DNA of 64,000 nt from Bosea sp. (in: a-proteobacteria) (lineage in GTDB: Bacteria > Pseudomonadota > Alphaproteobacteria > Rhizobiales > Beijerinckiaceae). The stretch's first letter is position 1. Every line of letters starts with the position of its first letter. The notes beneath the pieces are model-generated. The model made no database searches. It was not told where the DNA came from and saw only the letters and a list, made by a program, of their open reading frames with translations. The stretch is taken from NCBI GenBank assembly GCA_033792295.1, contig JARYGW010000002.1, positions 3,146 to 67,145 of the forward strand. Reading direction: 5' to 3'. A program made the position numbers and the translations under genes. Below, one piece after another: positions 35,993 through 45,850 of the stretch.

Positions 35993-37336
35993 ATGCCGAC
36001 ACCGGAGGACTATCGCTCGTTCGAAATGGAAGCCGCCGCAGCGACCTCCGTCGCCCGCGGGCGCACGGCGCTCGGCCGCTTTTTGAAATTCGGCGTGCCG
36101 ATCGGCGCGGTGATGGTGGCCACCTGGATGATCTACAGTTCGACGCAGCGCCGCGCCCCGACCATGACGACGCCCGACAAGGAGGAGTTCACGACCACCC
36201 AATTTCCCGCGCCGTCGCTGTCGACCCCGCGTCCGCAGACCAATCAGGGCACGATCGTGATCCCGCAGGCCCCGCCTGAGCCAGCGCCGCCGCCGCCAGC
36301 TCCCCCCGTGACCTTGCAGCCGCCACCGGCGCCCGCGCCACCGCTCACCATGGTCGCACCGAACGACGACGAGGCGCGACGGCTTGCAGAACTCGAGCGT
36401 CAGCGACAGGAGGAGGAGCGCCGAAAATGGGAGCGTCTGCGTGCTCCGCAAGTGATCGCCGACAACGCGAGTGCCACTGCGGCCGCCGCGAATCCCAACG
36501 ATACTAATCAAGCCGCCGGCGCGCCTGACGATGATCCCAACCGGCGTTTCCTGGCATCCGTCTCGGCCGCAGGCGTCGACGTCTCGCGCGCTACGAAAAA
36601 TAACCGGATCGACGCGCTGGTCGCGCAGGGAACATTCATCCGGGGCGTGCTCGAGACCGCCGTTCAGAGCGACTTGCCTGGAATGGTGCGCGCGACCGTC
36701 ACCGAGAATGTCTGGTCGTTCGACGGACGGCGCGTGCTGATTCCGGCGGGCAGCCGTCTCATCGGCGAATATAAATCGGGAATTGCGCAGGGACAGACAC
36801 GTGTCTTCGTCGTCTGGACGAGACTGCTGCGGTCGGACGGCGTCTCCGTGCAACTCGGCTCGAACGGCGCCGACGATCTCGGCCGGGCCGGGAATGCCGG
36901 CTTCGTCGACAATCACTACGTTGAACGGTTCGGCGCTGCGATCATGTTGTCGATCGTTGGCGGCGCCGCGCAATTCCTGAGCGCCTACGGCCAGAACACC
37001 AGCGGCTACGGCAACGGAACCGTCATCACGACAACCGATCCGGTCACAGGCCTGGTCACTCAAACTCAGACCGGCGTCAACCAGAACCAATTGACCCTGC
37101 AGGCCCGCGAAATCGCCGCCCAGAACGTCTCGCAGACCTTGACCAATATCGCGCACGAAGCTTTGCGCAACTCGATCAACATCCCGCCGACCATCTATCT
37201 CGACCAGGGCACCCGGATCATCGTCTTCGTTCGGCGCGACTTGGACTTCTCTTCCTTTTATCCGGATCCGGTCAAGGAAGCTTTGACGGAGTTGAAGCGT
37301 GAGCGCGCTGCCACGAAACCTGACAGTCTTCATTGA
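35993..37336 (+). CDS. virB10: VirB10/TrbI
   Basis: Pro-rich linker; GVLETAVQSDLPG, DDLGRAG..G.VDNHY.ERFG, NIPPT, RDLDF. Confidence 0.94.
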   Translation: MPTPEDYRSFEMEAAAATSVARGRTALGRFLKFGVPIGAVMVATWMIYSSTQRRAPTMTTPDKEEFTTTQFPAPSLSTPRPQTNQGTIVIPQAPPEPAPPPPAPPVTLQPPPAPAPPLTMVAPNDDEARRLAELERQRQEEERRKWERLRAPQVIADNASATAAAANPNDTNQAAGAPDDDPNRRFLASVSAAGVDVSRATKNNRIDALVAQGTFIRGVLETAVQSDLPGMVRATVTENVWSFDGRRVLIPAGSRLIGEYKSGIAQGQTRVFVVWTRLLRSDGVSVQLGSNGADDLGRAGNAGFVDNHYVERFGAAIMLSIVGGAAQFLSAYGQNTSGYGNGTVITTTDPVTGLVTQTQTGVNQNQLTLQAREIAAQNVSQTLTNIAHEALRNSINIPPTIYLDQGTRIIVFVRRDLDFSSFYPDPVKEALTELKRERAATKPDSLH

Positions 37337-38372
37337 CCGGGCGCTGGATCCGATTCGCGAGTGGCTCGCGGACGATCAGATTGTCGAGATTTGCGCGAAC
37401 GGACCGGGCGAGGTCTGGGTTGAACGCTTCGGTCAGTCCGCGATGGAACGGCACGAGGTGCCGAGCCTGACCGAGCATGCAATCCGGCACCTTGCCGAGC
37501 GCGTCGCCGGCCACTCCGGCCAGAGCGTCAACGAGGAGCATCCGCTGCTTTCGGCCGCGCTGCCGTCGGGCGAGCGATTCCAGGGCGTGATGCCGCCGGC
37601 GACAACTGCCGGCGGAGCCTTTGCGATCCGCAAGCAGGTCATCAAGGAGATGCGCCTCGACGACTACCGCCGCCTCGGCTCGTTCAAGAAGGTCGAGACG
37701 GCCGGGGAGGGGGCGTTGACAGCGACCGACCGTGAGCTTTGCGAGCATCTCGAGGCCGGCCGCATCGAGGACTTTATCCGCCTGGCCGTGATCAGTCGTT
37801 ATTCGATCCTGCTGTCCGGCGGAACAAGCTCGGGCAAGACGACATTTCTGAACGCGATTCTCAAGGAGGTGCCGGAAGACGAGCGCATCATCACCATCGA
37901 GGACACGCGCGAGGTTAATCCGGTCCAGAAGAATTACCTGCCGCTCGTGGCATCGAAAGGCGACCAGGGCGAGGCGCGCGTCACCGTCGAGATGCTCTTA
38001 CAAGCCTCGCTGCGGCTTCGACCGGACCGCATCTTCCTGGGTGAGATTCGTGGGGCGGAGGCCTACTCCTTCCTCCGAGCGATCAATACCGGTCATCCCG
38101 GCAGCATCACCACCGTCCACGCTGACAGCCCTGCGGGCGCGTTCGAGCAATTGGCGTTAATGGTGATGCAGGCCGGCCTCGGACTGAAGCGCGAGGAGAT
38201 CGTCGCCTACATTCGTTCGGTGCTGCCGATCGTGATCCAGCAGACCAAGATCGGCGGCTGGCGGGGGACCTCCGCGGTCCATTTCTCGCGCATGGCGGAG
38301 TGGCGCCAGCAGCGGGAAGCAGCGCAGCATGGGGCAGAAAGGGGACGGCATGGCGCGCGTCGTCGCCTATAG
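37299..38372 (+). CDS. virB11: VirB11 ATPase
   Basis: SGGTSSGKTT, TIEDTRE, LRLRPDRI..GEIRG, NTGHPGSITTVHA. Confidence 0.95.
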   Translation: MSALPRNLTVFIDRALDPIREWLADDQIVEICANGPGEVWVERFGQSAMERHEVPSLTEHAIRHLAERVAGHSGQSVNEEHPLLSAALPSGERFQGVMPPATTAGGAFAIRKQVIKEMRLDDYRRLGSFKKVETAGEGALTATDRELCEHLEAGRIEDFIRLAVISRYSILLSGGTSSGKTTFLNAILKEVPEDERIITIEDTREVNPVQKNYLPLVASKGDQGEARVTVEMLLQASLRLRPDRIFLGEIRGAEAYSFLRAINTGHPGSITTVHADSPAGAFEQLALMVMQAGLGLKREEIVAYIRSVLPIVIQQTKIGGWRGTSAVHFSRMAEWRQQREAAQHGAERGRHGARRRL

Positions 38373-40515
38373 AATCGCAATTGCCATCCTCCTGCTGCTG
38401 GCGTTCTGTCTGGTCTGGAGCTTGGCCTATGAAATTGCCGTGGCGCTGCGCTGGGCGCCGGGACGCTTTCCGGGTGAGGGCGCCAGCCGGTGGGCCCTGT
38501 TTCGGCAGCAGAACGCGGACCGCTCGGCGGAGTTTTTCCTGATCGCCTGGCGTCACTTCTACGAACGGCTGATCTATCCGCCGACACGCGTCGAAGCCAT
38601 GATCCGCGCCGTCTACGGCGCGGCCACCGTCCTAGCGTTGGGTATCGGCGGATTGATCTTCGGCTTCGTCAATCGCCGCCAGATGCCCTATGGGGCGGCC
38701 CGGTTCGGCACGATCATGGGAGCGGCCAAGCAAGGACTGATCGCCAAGCAGGGGATCATTCTGGGCACGCTGAACGGCTCTACGATTCGCTCCGACGAAC
38801 CGGCCCACATCCTCGTGGTCGGCCCGTCGCGATCCGGCAAGGGCACCGGCTTCGTCCTGCCGAACGGTTATCTCTGGCAAGGTTCGGCAGTGTTCTTCGA
38901 TCCGAAGCGGGAGAACTTCGATGCGTTGGCGAACCATCGCACGACGATGGGCAACAAGGTGTTCATGTTTTCACCGGGGTCGAGCGATACCCATCGATAC
39001 AATCCGCTTGATTTCGTGCGCCGCGACGAGCGGATGGCGACCGACTGCCTGGTTGTCGCATCTTTCGTCATTCCGGAGAAGGCCGACGACACATGGGCCG
39101 GCGCCGGGCGTCTGCTGCTCTCGGCCTTGATCGGCTATGTGCTGGCGTCGCCGCTGACCACCACGGCGCAACACATGCGCACGGTGGCGCGAATGACCAC
39201 GACGGGCAAAGATATTTCCACGGTGCTGCGCGCCATCGTCAAAACAGAACGCGACCATTTGCCGACTTGGGTGATCGACAGCTTCAACCAGTACATCGCG
39301 CTCGAGCCGGAGACCCGAAACAGCGCCGTCTTCAACGTCAATATGGCGATGAGCCTGTGGAACAACGGACTGATCTCGGCCGCGACAGAGACATCCGACT
39401 TCGACATTCGCGAGCTGCGCCGGCAGCCGATGACAATCTTCATCGGCTGCACCATCGCGGAGCTCTCGATCTTCCGGCCGCTCATTCGCATCCTGTTTCA
39501 GCAGATCCATGACCTCTTGATGGAGAAAATCCCGGGGCCGGACGAACCGCACCAGGTCCTGTTAATGCTGGACGAATTCTTCCATGTCGGCCGGATGGAC
39601 TCGCTGATCTCGAAAATCACGATCAGCGCCGGTTACGGCTTCCGGATGGCGATCGTCATGCAGGACATCGCCCAGCTCGACGAGCTCTATGGTCGCCATA
39701 CCCGCATCACGACGGTCTCGGGCTCACAGATCAAGCTGTTCATCCAGATCAACGATCTTGAGACCTCGGAATTCGTGTCCGAGATGCTGGGCGAGACGAC
39801 GCAGGTTTACAAGACGCCCATCCAGCGCCCGGGGCAGGGGATTTTCGCGCCGCGCGTCTGGGCTCCGCACTACACACCGCGTCCGCTGCGAAGCCCGCTC
39901 GAGCTGAGAGAGATGTCGCAGCGGCTGTCGATCCTCATGGTGAAGAACTCTCCGTCGTTCGAACTGACGAAGATTCGTCACTACCTCGACAAACCCTACC
40001 GCGCTCTCTACGAGCGCGCAAAAGCCTCCCCTCCGGCTCTCCCCAAGCTGCGGACGTGGCAGGATGAGGCGCTAGAGGGGGCCATCAATCCGGCGCCGGA
40101 GCCACCGCAAACGCCAGCCGGGGCCTCGCCGCCTGTCATAACTGCGCCGCCGGCGGCAACAAGCACGACTCCCCGCAAAGCGCCGTCACCGCGCCGGCCA
40201 AAAGCCACTGCAAGCAAGACGAAAACGCCGGCGGCCTCGCCGGCGCCCGCACCTCTCACGCTTGTGTCACGGCCTGCGCCTGCGCCGCCACCAGCACCAC
40301 CACGCAAGACCTTATCGCTCGGCGCGGCGCCCGCCGCCCCTCCGGGAGAGAACTGCGACGTGCGCGATATTCTTTCTTCCGCCGCCGCAGGACAGGATGA
40401 AAACTTCGCCGCAATGATGAGTGTCTTGCGTGACGCGCCGGATACCAAGGTTCACCAAGCGATCAAGGCGCTGACATCGTTGCATCGATCGTTCGGCGAG
40501 AACGGGGAAACGTAA
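38350..40515 (+). CDS. virD4: VirD4/TraG coupling protein with a Pro-rich C-terminal tail
   Basis: YGAARF, GPSRSGKG, DPKREN, YNPLD, LMLDEF, GYG, QDIAQL. Confidence 0.93.
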   Translation: MARVVAYRIAIAILLLLAFCLVWSLAYEIAVALRWAPGRFPGEGASRWALFRQQNADRSAEFFLIAWRHFYERLIYPPTRVEAMIRAVYGAATVLALGIGGLIFGFVNRRQMPYGAARFGTIMGAAKQGLIAKQGIILGTLNGSTIRSDEPAHILVVGPSRSGKGTGFVLPNGYLWQGSAVFFDPKRENFDALANHRTTMGNKVFMFSPGSSDTHRYNPLDFVRRDERMATDCLVVASFVIPEKADDTWAGAGRLLLSALIGYVLASPLTTTAQHMRTVARMTTTGKDISTVLRAIVKTERDHLPTWVIDSFNQYIALEPETRNSAVFNVNMAMSLWNNGLISAATETSDFDIRELRRQPMTIFIGCTIAELSIFRPLIRILFQQIHDLLMEKIPGPDEPHQVLLMLDEFFHVGRMDSLISKITISAGYGFRMAIVMQDIAQLDELYGRHTRITTVSGSQIKLFIQINDLETSEFVSEMLGETTQVYKTPIQRPGQGIFAPRVWAPHYTPRPLRSPLELREMSQRLSILMVKNSPSFELTKIRHYLDKPYRALYERAKASPPALPKLRTWQDEALEGAINPAPEPPQTPAGASPPVITAPPAATSTTPRKAPSPRRPKATASKTKTPAASPAPAPLTLVSRPAPAPPPAPPRKTLSLGAAPAAPPGENCDVRDILSSAAAGQDENFAAMMSVLRDAPDTKVHQAIKALTSLHRSFGENGET

Positions 40516-40680
40516 TGTTCCGTTCTTATACCCTGTTGGGATCTGGCGATTGCTGACACCGCTGGACTCAATGTTGGGGCCAATACCTGCTAATGCTGAG
40601 TCCAAATTGCCAAGTGGTATTAATTCCATCGCATGTTATCATGCCACATTCAAGATATTTCTATTTATATTCAATGGCTT

Positions 40681-40708
40681 ATGTTCCATAAGATCGATTA
40701 TGCGAATC
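40681..40708 (-). other. dif-like XerC/XerD recombination site (11-6-11)
   Basis: Minus strand GATTCGCATAA-TCGATC-TTATGGAACAT: inverted CATAA/TTATG around a 6-bp spacer as in dif; lies at the backbone/cargo junction. Confidence 0.65.
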
Positions 40709-41582
40709 GTCGTCGTCGTGGCCAACGAAGTTCCCCGAGCGGAACGACAGTGACGGCCAAGCCGATAAGCATCAAGATAATCCCTACCACCCGCAGTGGC
40801 CCAAATTGCTCGCCGAAAACAATCGCCGAGGCCACTGTCCCAACGCATGGCGACAACAGCGCAAATGGCGCCACAGTGCCCGTCGAATATCGCTGCAACA
40901 AGCTACCCCAAATAGCGTATGCGAACACGCTCGCAAGAATGCCCAAGTAGATTGGAGCGCCAATTCCGGACCATGTGGCATGTGTCAACGACGACCACAG
41001 AGCACCTGGTCCATCGATGGCGAACGAAATCGCGAGTGCGGGCAATGGAGGCACGAGGCTTGCCCACACCATCAAATGAAGCATATTGACCTTAGGAGAA
41101 CGCTTGACCAGGACGTTGCCGATCGCCCAGCTGATCGCAGACGCAAGGGTCAACAAAAACCCTAGCAGCGTGATCGTGCCACCGATCGTCAGGCCGATCA
41201 TCAGCAGGCCGATGAAAGCGACGAGCATCCCAACGACTTGCTTAAGACCGGGCTTGTCACCAATGGCTATTGCCGCGAACAAGACCGTGAACAGTGCTTG
41301 AGTTTGCGAGACGACTGCCGTCAATCCAGCCGGCATACCGTATGAAATGCCAAAGAACTGCAGGAGGAACTGTCCGGTGAAAACCGTCAGTCCAATGGCA
41401 ATCAGTATCGGCCATGAAACGTTCGGCCGAGGGATCCAGAGTGCTGCAAGAGCCGCGATAAAGAAACGAAGGGCCGTCAACTGAGGAGGAGTGAAACTTT
41501 CGAGCCCAACTTTGCTAACGACGAATGCAATACCCCATATCACCGCGACGAGAACCGCTAAGGCGATATGAAGAGGCTTCAT
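40698..41582 (-). CDS. EamA/DMT-family transporter
   Basis: IWGIAFVVSK.GL..FTP..LTALRF; about 10 TM segments; visibly lower GC than the backbone. Confidence 0.9.
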   Translation of the reverse strand: MKPLHIALAVLVAVIWGIAFVVSKVGLESFTPPQLTALRFFIAALAALWIPRPNVSWPILIAIGLTVFTGQFLLQFFGISYGMPAGLTAVVSQTQALFTVLFAAIAIGDKPGLKQVVGMLVAFIGLLMIGLTIGGTITLLGFLLTLASAISWAIGNVLVKRSPKVNMLHLMVWASLVPPLPALAISFAIDGPGALWSSLTHATWSGIGAPIYLGILASVFAYAIWGSLLQRYSTGTVAPFALLSPCVGTVASAIVFGEQFGPLRVVGIILMLIGLAVTVVPLGELRWPRRRRFA

Positions 41583-41728
41583 TGAGTTTTGGTTCGCATT
41601 CGCCTCACTGCTAGATAGTTTCATGACATACCCTACCCTACGAGCCGACTCGAAAAGTTTGTAGCGCTTCGATACCTCGCAACATCATGGTGTCAGGGCT
41701 GACTAGGGGATGTCTGACCTGACTTGTG

Positions 41729-42889
41729 CTACAGCGGAACGAATTGACGCCTTTGCGTCAGTGCAAGAGCACCAAGCGCAGACAGACTCAATAAGGAGGA
41801 TATGATGACGACTTTGCCCCCCAATGGCTCAATGAGTAAACCGAAACCAAGCGGCGCCAGCGCCTGGCAAATACGCGATGGCGCGCCGATCAATCCCAGA
41901 CGATAACCGTAATTCTCGGGTCCAAAAATCGCGAGAGGGAGCGTACCTCTCGCAATCGTCAGGACACCGTTTCCGGCACCGTGAAGGAGCGCAAAGGCAG
42001 CAGCGGCCCCTCCCCCAAAAATGCCAATGACACAGGCCCCGAGCGGGTGAGTCACGCATGCCAGCCGGGTTGAGAAGATCGGATGATAGCGGCTCAGCAG
42101 TCCGACTTCGAGCAATCGCGCAGCGACCTGTGCCGGTCCGATCATCGCGCCGGCAAAAACGGCCTGTGCGGGCGTCGCTCCGAATGCTTCAACGATGCGT
42201 GGAAGATGTGCCGCCATGGCGGATGTCACCGTCCAGGCAGCCGCGAATGCAAACGAGAGCAGCAGCATCGTTTGATCGAACGGAATGTGAGGCTTGACTA
42301 CCGGAGCATCTGATCGCTTTGCGAGTTCGATCTTAGGAAGAAAACGCAGGTTCAACGGAAGTCCAACGAGGATGTGCGCGGCAGCCCAAGCGTAGCACGT
42401 TGCGCGCCATCCGATCGTCTCCAATCCCCACGCGCTGAGCGGCCACCCGACGGTGCTTGCAAATCCAGCGATCAGTGTGATGCCCGTGATGGCATTGCGG
42501 GCGTTGTCGCCATAGATGCGGCCCAGTGCGCCAAACGCGGCATCGTAAAGACCGAGGCCCATGCCCACGCCGAGCAGGAGCCAGGCAGCTGTAAGCAGCT
42601 GCCATGAAGTCGAGCTGCCAAGCAACAGCAGACCGGCCGCCAGAATGACATTCGAAGCCGCCAACACCATGCGGCCACCGACGAGATCAATCTGCCGTCC
42701 GACTCTTGGCCCGAGCAAACCCGAGATGACCAGTGATGCGGAGAAGACGGCAAAGAACCAATTGCTAGAAATGCCAAGATCTCGCGAGATCGGATCCGCG
42801 AGAATCGCAGGCAGATAGTAGCTTGAGGCCCAGGCGAGCGTTTGCGTCGTGCCGAGCGCGAGAATAATCGGTAGTTTACGGTCTCTCAC
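41729..42889 (-). CDS. arsK: MFS arsenical efflux transporter, ArsK-like
   Basis: LGTTQTLAWASSYYLPA, GLGLYDAAF, ITLIAGFASTVGWP; arsR-oxidoreductase-MFS order. Confidence 0.7.
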   Translation of the reverse strand: MRDRKLPIILALGTTQTLAWASSYYLPAILADPISRDLGISSNWFFAVFSASLVISGLLGPRVGRQIDLVGGRMVLAASNVILAAGLLLLGSSTSWQLLTAAWLLLGVGMGLGLYDAAFGALGRIYGDNARNAITGITLIAGFASTVGWPLSAWGLETIGWRATCYAWAAAHILVGLPLNLRFLPKIELAKRSDAPVVKPHIPFDQTMLLLSFAFAAAWTVTSAMAAHLPRIVEAFGATPAQAVFAGAMIGPAQVAARLLEVGLLSRYHPIFSTRLACVTHPLGACVIGIFGGGAAAAFALLHGAGNGVLTIARGTLPLAIFGPENYGYRLGLIGAPSRICQALAPLGFGLLIEPLGGKVVIISSLLSLSALGALALTQRRQFVPL

Positions 42890-42899
42890 GAAGGAAGCC

Positions 42900-44264
42900 T
42901 CAGGCACATCCGCATCCCTTCGCGCCTGCTGCCTTCGCATCGGCGTCCTGTGCGCAACAGGCGCTCGTTCCGGCCGGCGCCGGTCCGCCACAGCAATTCG
43001 AAGGGACGTTCTCGACGCTCGATCGCGTGCAGACACCCGTCTCCGGCAGCACCAACTCCACGCGCTTCGCCGCTTCCCGGTCGCCAGCAATATCGGCCGC
43101 GATCGAACGCACCTGTTCGTAGCCAGTGATCATCAAGAAGGTAGGAGCGCGGCCGTAAGACTTCATTCCGGCGAAATAGAACCCGGGTTCGTCCTGCGCG
43201 AGTTCGCGTGCGCCATGCGGACGGACAGTGCCGCAACTATGCTCGTTTGGATCGATGAGCGGCGCCAATGCAAGCGGGGCCTCGATCGCCGAATCCAGCC
43301 GCGTGCGAAGTTCGCTGACAAACGAGAAATCTGGGCGAAAGCCCGTCGCGACGACCAGTTCATCAGCCTCTACGTAGCGCGCGCAGCAGGCCGCGCCGCT
43401 CGCAATCCTCAGTTTTTCTCGCGGTGATGTAAGGTGGGTGACTGCGAAACCGGTTTCCACGCGGATGCTACCGGCATGGATAAGCCTCGCAAACGCGCTG
43501 CCAAGTTCACCGCGTGCGGCCAGCTTGTCATTGGCGCCGCCTCCGAACGCTTTGGCAGGGTCTGTTCCACGGAGAAGCCAAATCACATCGGTATCGGGAC
43601 GCGCTTCCTTCAACGCGGCGAGGTCGATGAGCGTGCCTATGGCCGAGTGGCCCGAGCCGAGAACCGCCACGACTTTGCCGGCGTATCGCGTCCGCGCGCT
43701 GCCGAGAACATCGGGCATGCCGTAGACGATACGATCGGCGTGCTCTCGCTCTCCCACCGCGGGCAAGCCGTTTGCGCCGATCGGATTTGGCGACGACCAC
43801 GTGCCTGATGCATCGATGACGGCGTCCGCTTGGATCGTTTCGAGGCCCTTGCCGTTCTGATAACGGATCTCAAAGGGAGCGGCCTCCCGCCCGCGTGTTT
43901 TGGCTTTATCGAATCCCACGCGTGCTATCGCGGTGACTCGGCTCGACGTCCGGATGACGTCTTTCAAAGCCGTTCTCGTCGCCAATGGATCGAGGTAGCC
44001 GTCGATGAACTCGCCACCCGTCGGATAGACGTGCGGCTCGGGGGAATTCCAGCCGGTCATGGCGAGAAGACGCGCCGCGGCGCGATCGACGTTGTATTCC
44101 CAAGGCGAGAACAATTGCACATGCCGCCATTGGCGGATCGCATGGGCCGCCTTGGCGCCTGCTTCCAGCACGATGGGCATCATGTCACGCTAAAGGACAT
44201 GTGCCGCAGCAGCAAGCCCGACCGGCCCTCCTCCGACAATCGCGACGATCTTGGTGCTTGGCAT
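42900..44264 (-). pseudogene. arsV: ArsV-like flavin monooxygenase interrupted by an in-frame TAG at codon 25 (44190-44192)
   Basis: AGGAGG RBS, MPSTKIVAIVGGGPVGLAAAAHVL*RDMMPIVLEAG; the rest is intact (LFSPW, DASGTW, GSGHS, ATGF, IDPNEHSCG, C-terminal CC/CC/CGC). Confidence 0.75.
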
Positions 44265-44279
44265 TTTGATCCTCCTATT

Positions 44280-44298
44280 TTTCTAGAATCATGGAAAT
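44280..44298. promoter_or_regulatory. Putative ArsR operator upstream of arsV
   Basis: TTTCTAGAATCATGGAAAT resembles 44677-44695. Confidence 0.55.
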
Positions 44299-44311
44299 TT
44301 TAGACAAAAAA

Positions 44312-44635
44312 TCAGGCGGCTGTTTTCGTATCCTGGCATCCTGCCTTGGTTTCGTCGATGCAACACTCGGCCACGAGGAAGTTCACCAAGCCGCGCATGA
44401 CGTCGTAATTCGCGTGGCAGATTAGGGTGGTCGACTCGCGTACCTGTGAGACGAGACCGACCCCGATCAACGTCTTGATGTGATGCGACAGTGTCGACGG
44501 CGGGACCTTCAGCCTCTCTTGTAAACGCCCTACTGCTAAACCGCCCGCGCCGGCACGAACCAGTGCTCGATAAATCTTAAGTCTCGTCGGGTTCCCGAGG
44601 GCCTCTAAGCGCGTGGCAGCATCATCTATTTTCAT
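44312..44635 (-). CDS. arsR: ArsR/SmtB regulator (C-terminal CC type)
   Basis: LEALGNPTRLKIYR.LV.AG, STLSHH, AECC. Confidence 0.9.
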   Translation of the reverse strand: MKIDDAATRLEALGNPTRLKIYRALVRAGAGGLAVGRLQERLKVPPSTLSHHIKTLIGVGLVSQVRESTTLICHANYDVMRGLVNFLVAECCIDETKAGCQDTKTAA

Positions 44636-44674
44636 AGCTAATAGCTTAGGACCATCAATCGCACGAGTCAACGG

Positions 44675-44696
44675 TATTTCTAGAATATTCGAAATA
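44675..44696. promoter_or_regulatory. Putative ArsR operator (imperfect palindrome)
   Basis: TATTTCTAGAATATTCGAAATA upstream of arsR. Confidence 0.6.
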
Positions 44697-44846
44697 GAAA
44701 TGTTCAGCCGTCCGGCTTGGGGGCGCACGCTGGCAGAGCCGTCAGCTTCGTTGGCGGGCGTTCTGGACCCACCTCCTGATACGAAGGCCCTTGTTGTCCG
44801 GCAGCAAACGGTATATATCTCTCAATATCTCTTGAGATTTTGAGTC

Positions 44847-45215
44847 ATGAATGAGAACCAAGCTTTAGCAGCCTTTTCAGCGCTCTCACAGGAGACGCGT
44901 CTCAAGATTACACGCCTGCTTGTCACGGCTGGGCCCGGCGGCATGGCCGCCGGGGCAATCGGGCAAGCCATGGACGGCGCGTCTTCGTCGCGCATGTCTT
45001 TCCACCTCAACCAGCTTGAGCAAGGTGGTCTCGTCACGTCGCGGCGCGAAGGACGCTCGATTGTCTATAGCGCGGATTATTCGATGCTGGCGAAGCTGGT
45101 GGAATTTCTGATGCGTGATTGCTGCCAGGGCCACCCTGCCGTCTGCGATGCGGCAATCGCCGCCTTCGCGTGTGGTGGCCCGGACGGAAACGCGTCACGC
45201 TCGAAGCAAGCATAA
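44847..45215 (+). CDS. arsR: ArsR regulator (CCQGHP..C type)
   Basis: ALSQETRL, MSFHL, RREGRSIVY, RDCCQGHPAVC; TCTCAA..TTGAGA palindrome upstream. Confidence 0.92.
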   Translation: MNENQALAAFSALSQETRLKITRLLVTAGPGGMAAGAIGQAMDGASSSRMSFHLNQLEQGGLVTSRREGRSIVYSADYSMLAKLVEFLMRDCCQGHPAVCDAAIAAFACGGPDGNASRSKQA

Positions 45216-45293
45216 AATCCGCGGCGTCTCCCGTTTGGGGACGCGCTCACTTTCGGTGACCATAGACTCGAATAAAGACGGAGAAAATCAGCA

Positions 45294-45713
45294 ATGGACG
45301 TCATCATCTACCATAACCCCGACTGCGGGACATCGCGCAATGCACTTGCGATGATACGTAATGCTGGCATCGAGCCGCATGTCGTCGAATACCTAAAGAC
45401 CCCGCCTTCACGAGCGTTGCTCCTACAACTCATGGACCGGATGGAGATCAAGCCTCGCGACCTGCTTCGGGAGAAAGGAACGCCCTACGCTGACCTTGGT
45501 CTCGGCAATCCGGCTCTGACCGATGACCAGTTGGTCGACGCTATGATGCGGCATCCGATCCTCATCAATCGCCCAATCGTGGTCAGCCCGAAAGGCGTCC
45601 GGCTGTGTCGACCCTCCGAAGCTGTTCTCGACCTTCTACCAGCGCAGCAAGGGGCATTCACAAAAGAGGATGGAGAGAAGGTCGTCGACGAGGCCGGCCG
45701 CCGCCTGACCTGA
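45294..45713 (+). CDS. arsC: Arsenate reductase, glutaredoxin type
   Basis: YHNPDCGTSRN, HPILINRPIV, LCRPSE. Confidence 0.95.
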   Translation: MDVIIYHNPDCGTSRNALAMIRNAGIEPHVVEYLKTPPSRALLLQLMDRMEIKPRDLLREKGTPYADLGLGNPALTDDQLVDAMMRHPILINRPIVVSPKGVRLCRPSEAVLDLLPAQQGAFTKEDGEKVVDEAGRRLT

Positions 45714-45850
45714 CACGTCTGTTAAGGCTTCCGCGCAGCAGCTGTCTTATGCATTCGAGCACACCGGCGATCCCCGTATGATGCGCATCGATGTGGCAGA
45801 TGCCCTCCCTACTCAATTGATGACGCCGTCCAATCTTCAAAGGAAGTTCA

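Larger units (their letters stand above)
1..40515. mobile_element. Conjugative element backbone (plasmid or ICE): leading region plus VirB/VirD4 T4SS; extends left of the window
   Basis: ardC, DarB-like, ParB-like, toprim, ssb, TA pair and a full virB1-11/virD4 set are co-located; no relaxase or integrase in the window. Confidence 0.85.

Noticed and set aside
27603-40515. Xanthomonas-type bactericidal T4SS
   Set aside because: No large N0-domain VirB7 and no recognisable XVIPCD effector-immunity pairs; the context is conjugative
41591-41618. Second dif site closing an eamA module (GGTTCGCATT)
   Set aside because: Only a partial XerC-like arm, with no TTATG arm 6 bp away
44190-44192. Pyrrolysine recoding of the arsV TAG
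   Set aside because: No pyl genes seen and the position is a non-catalytic Glu-like site; a point mutation or sequencing error is simpler
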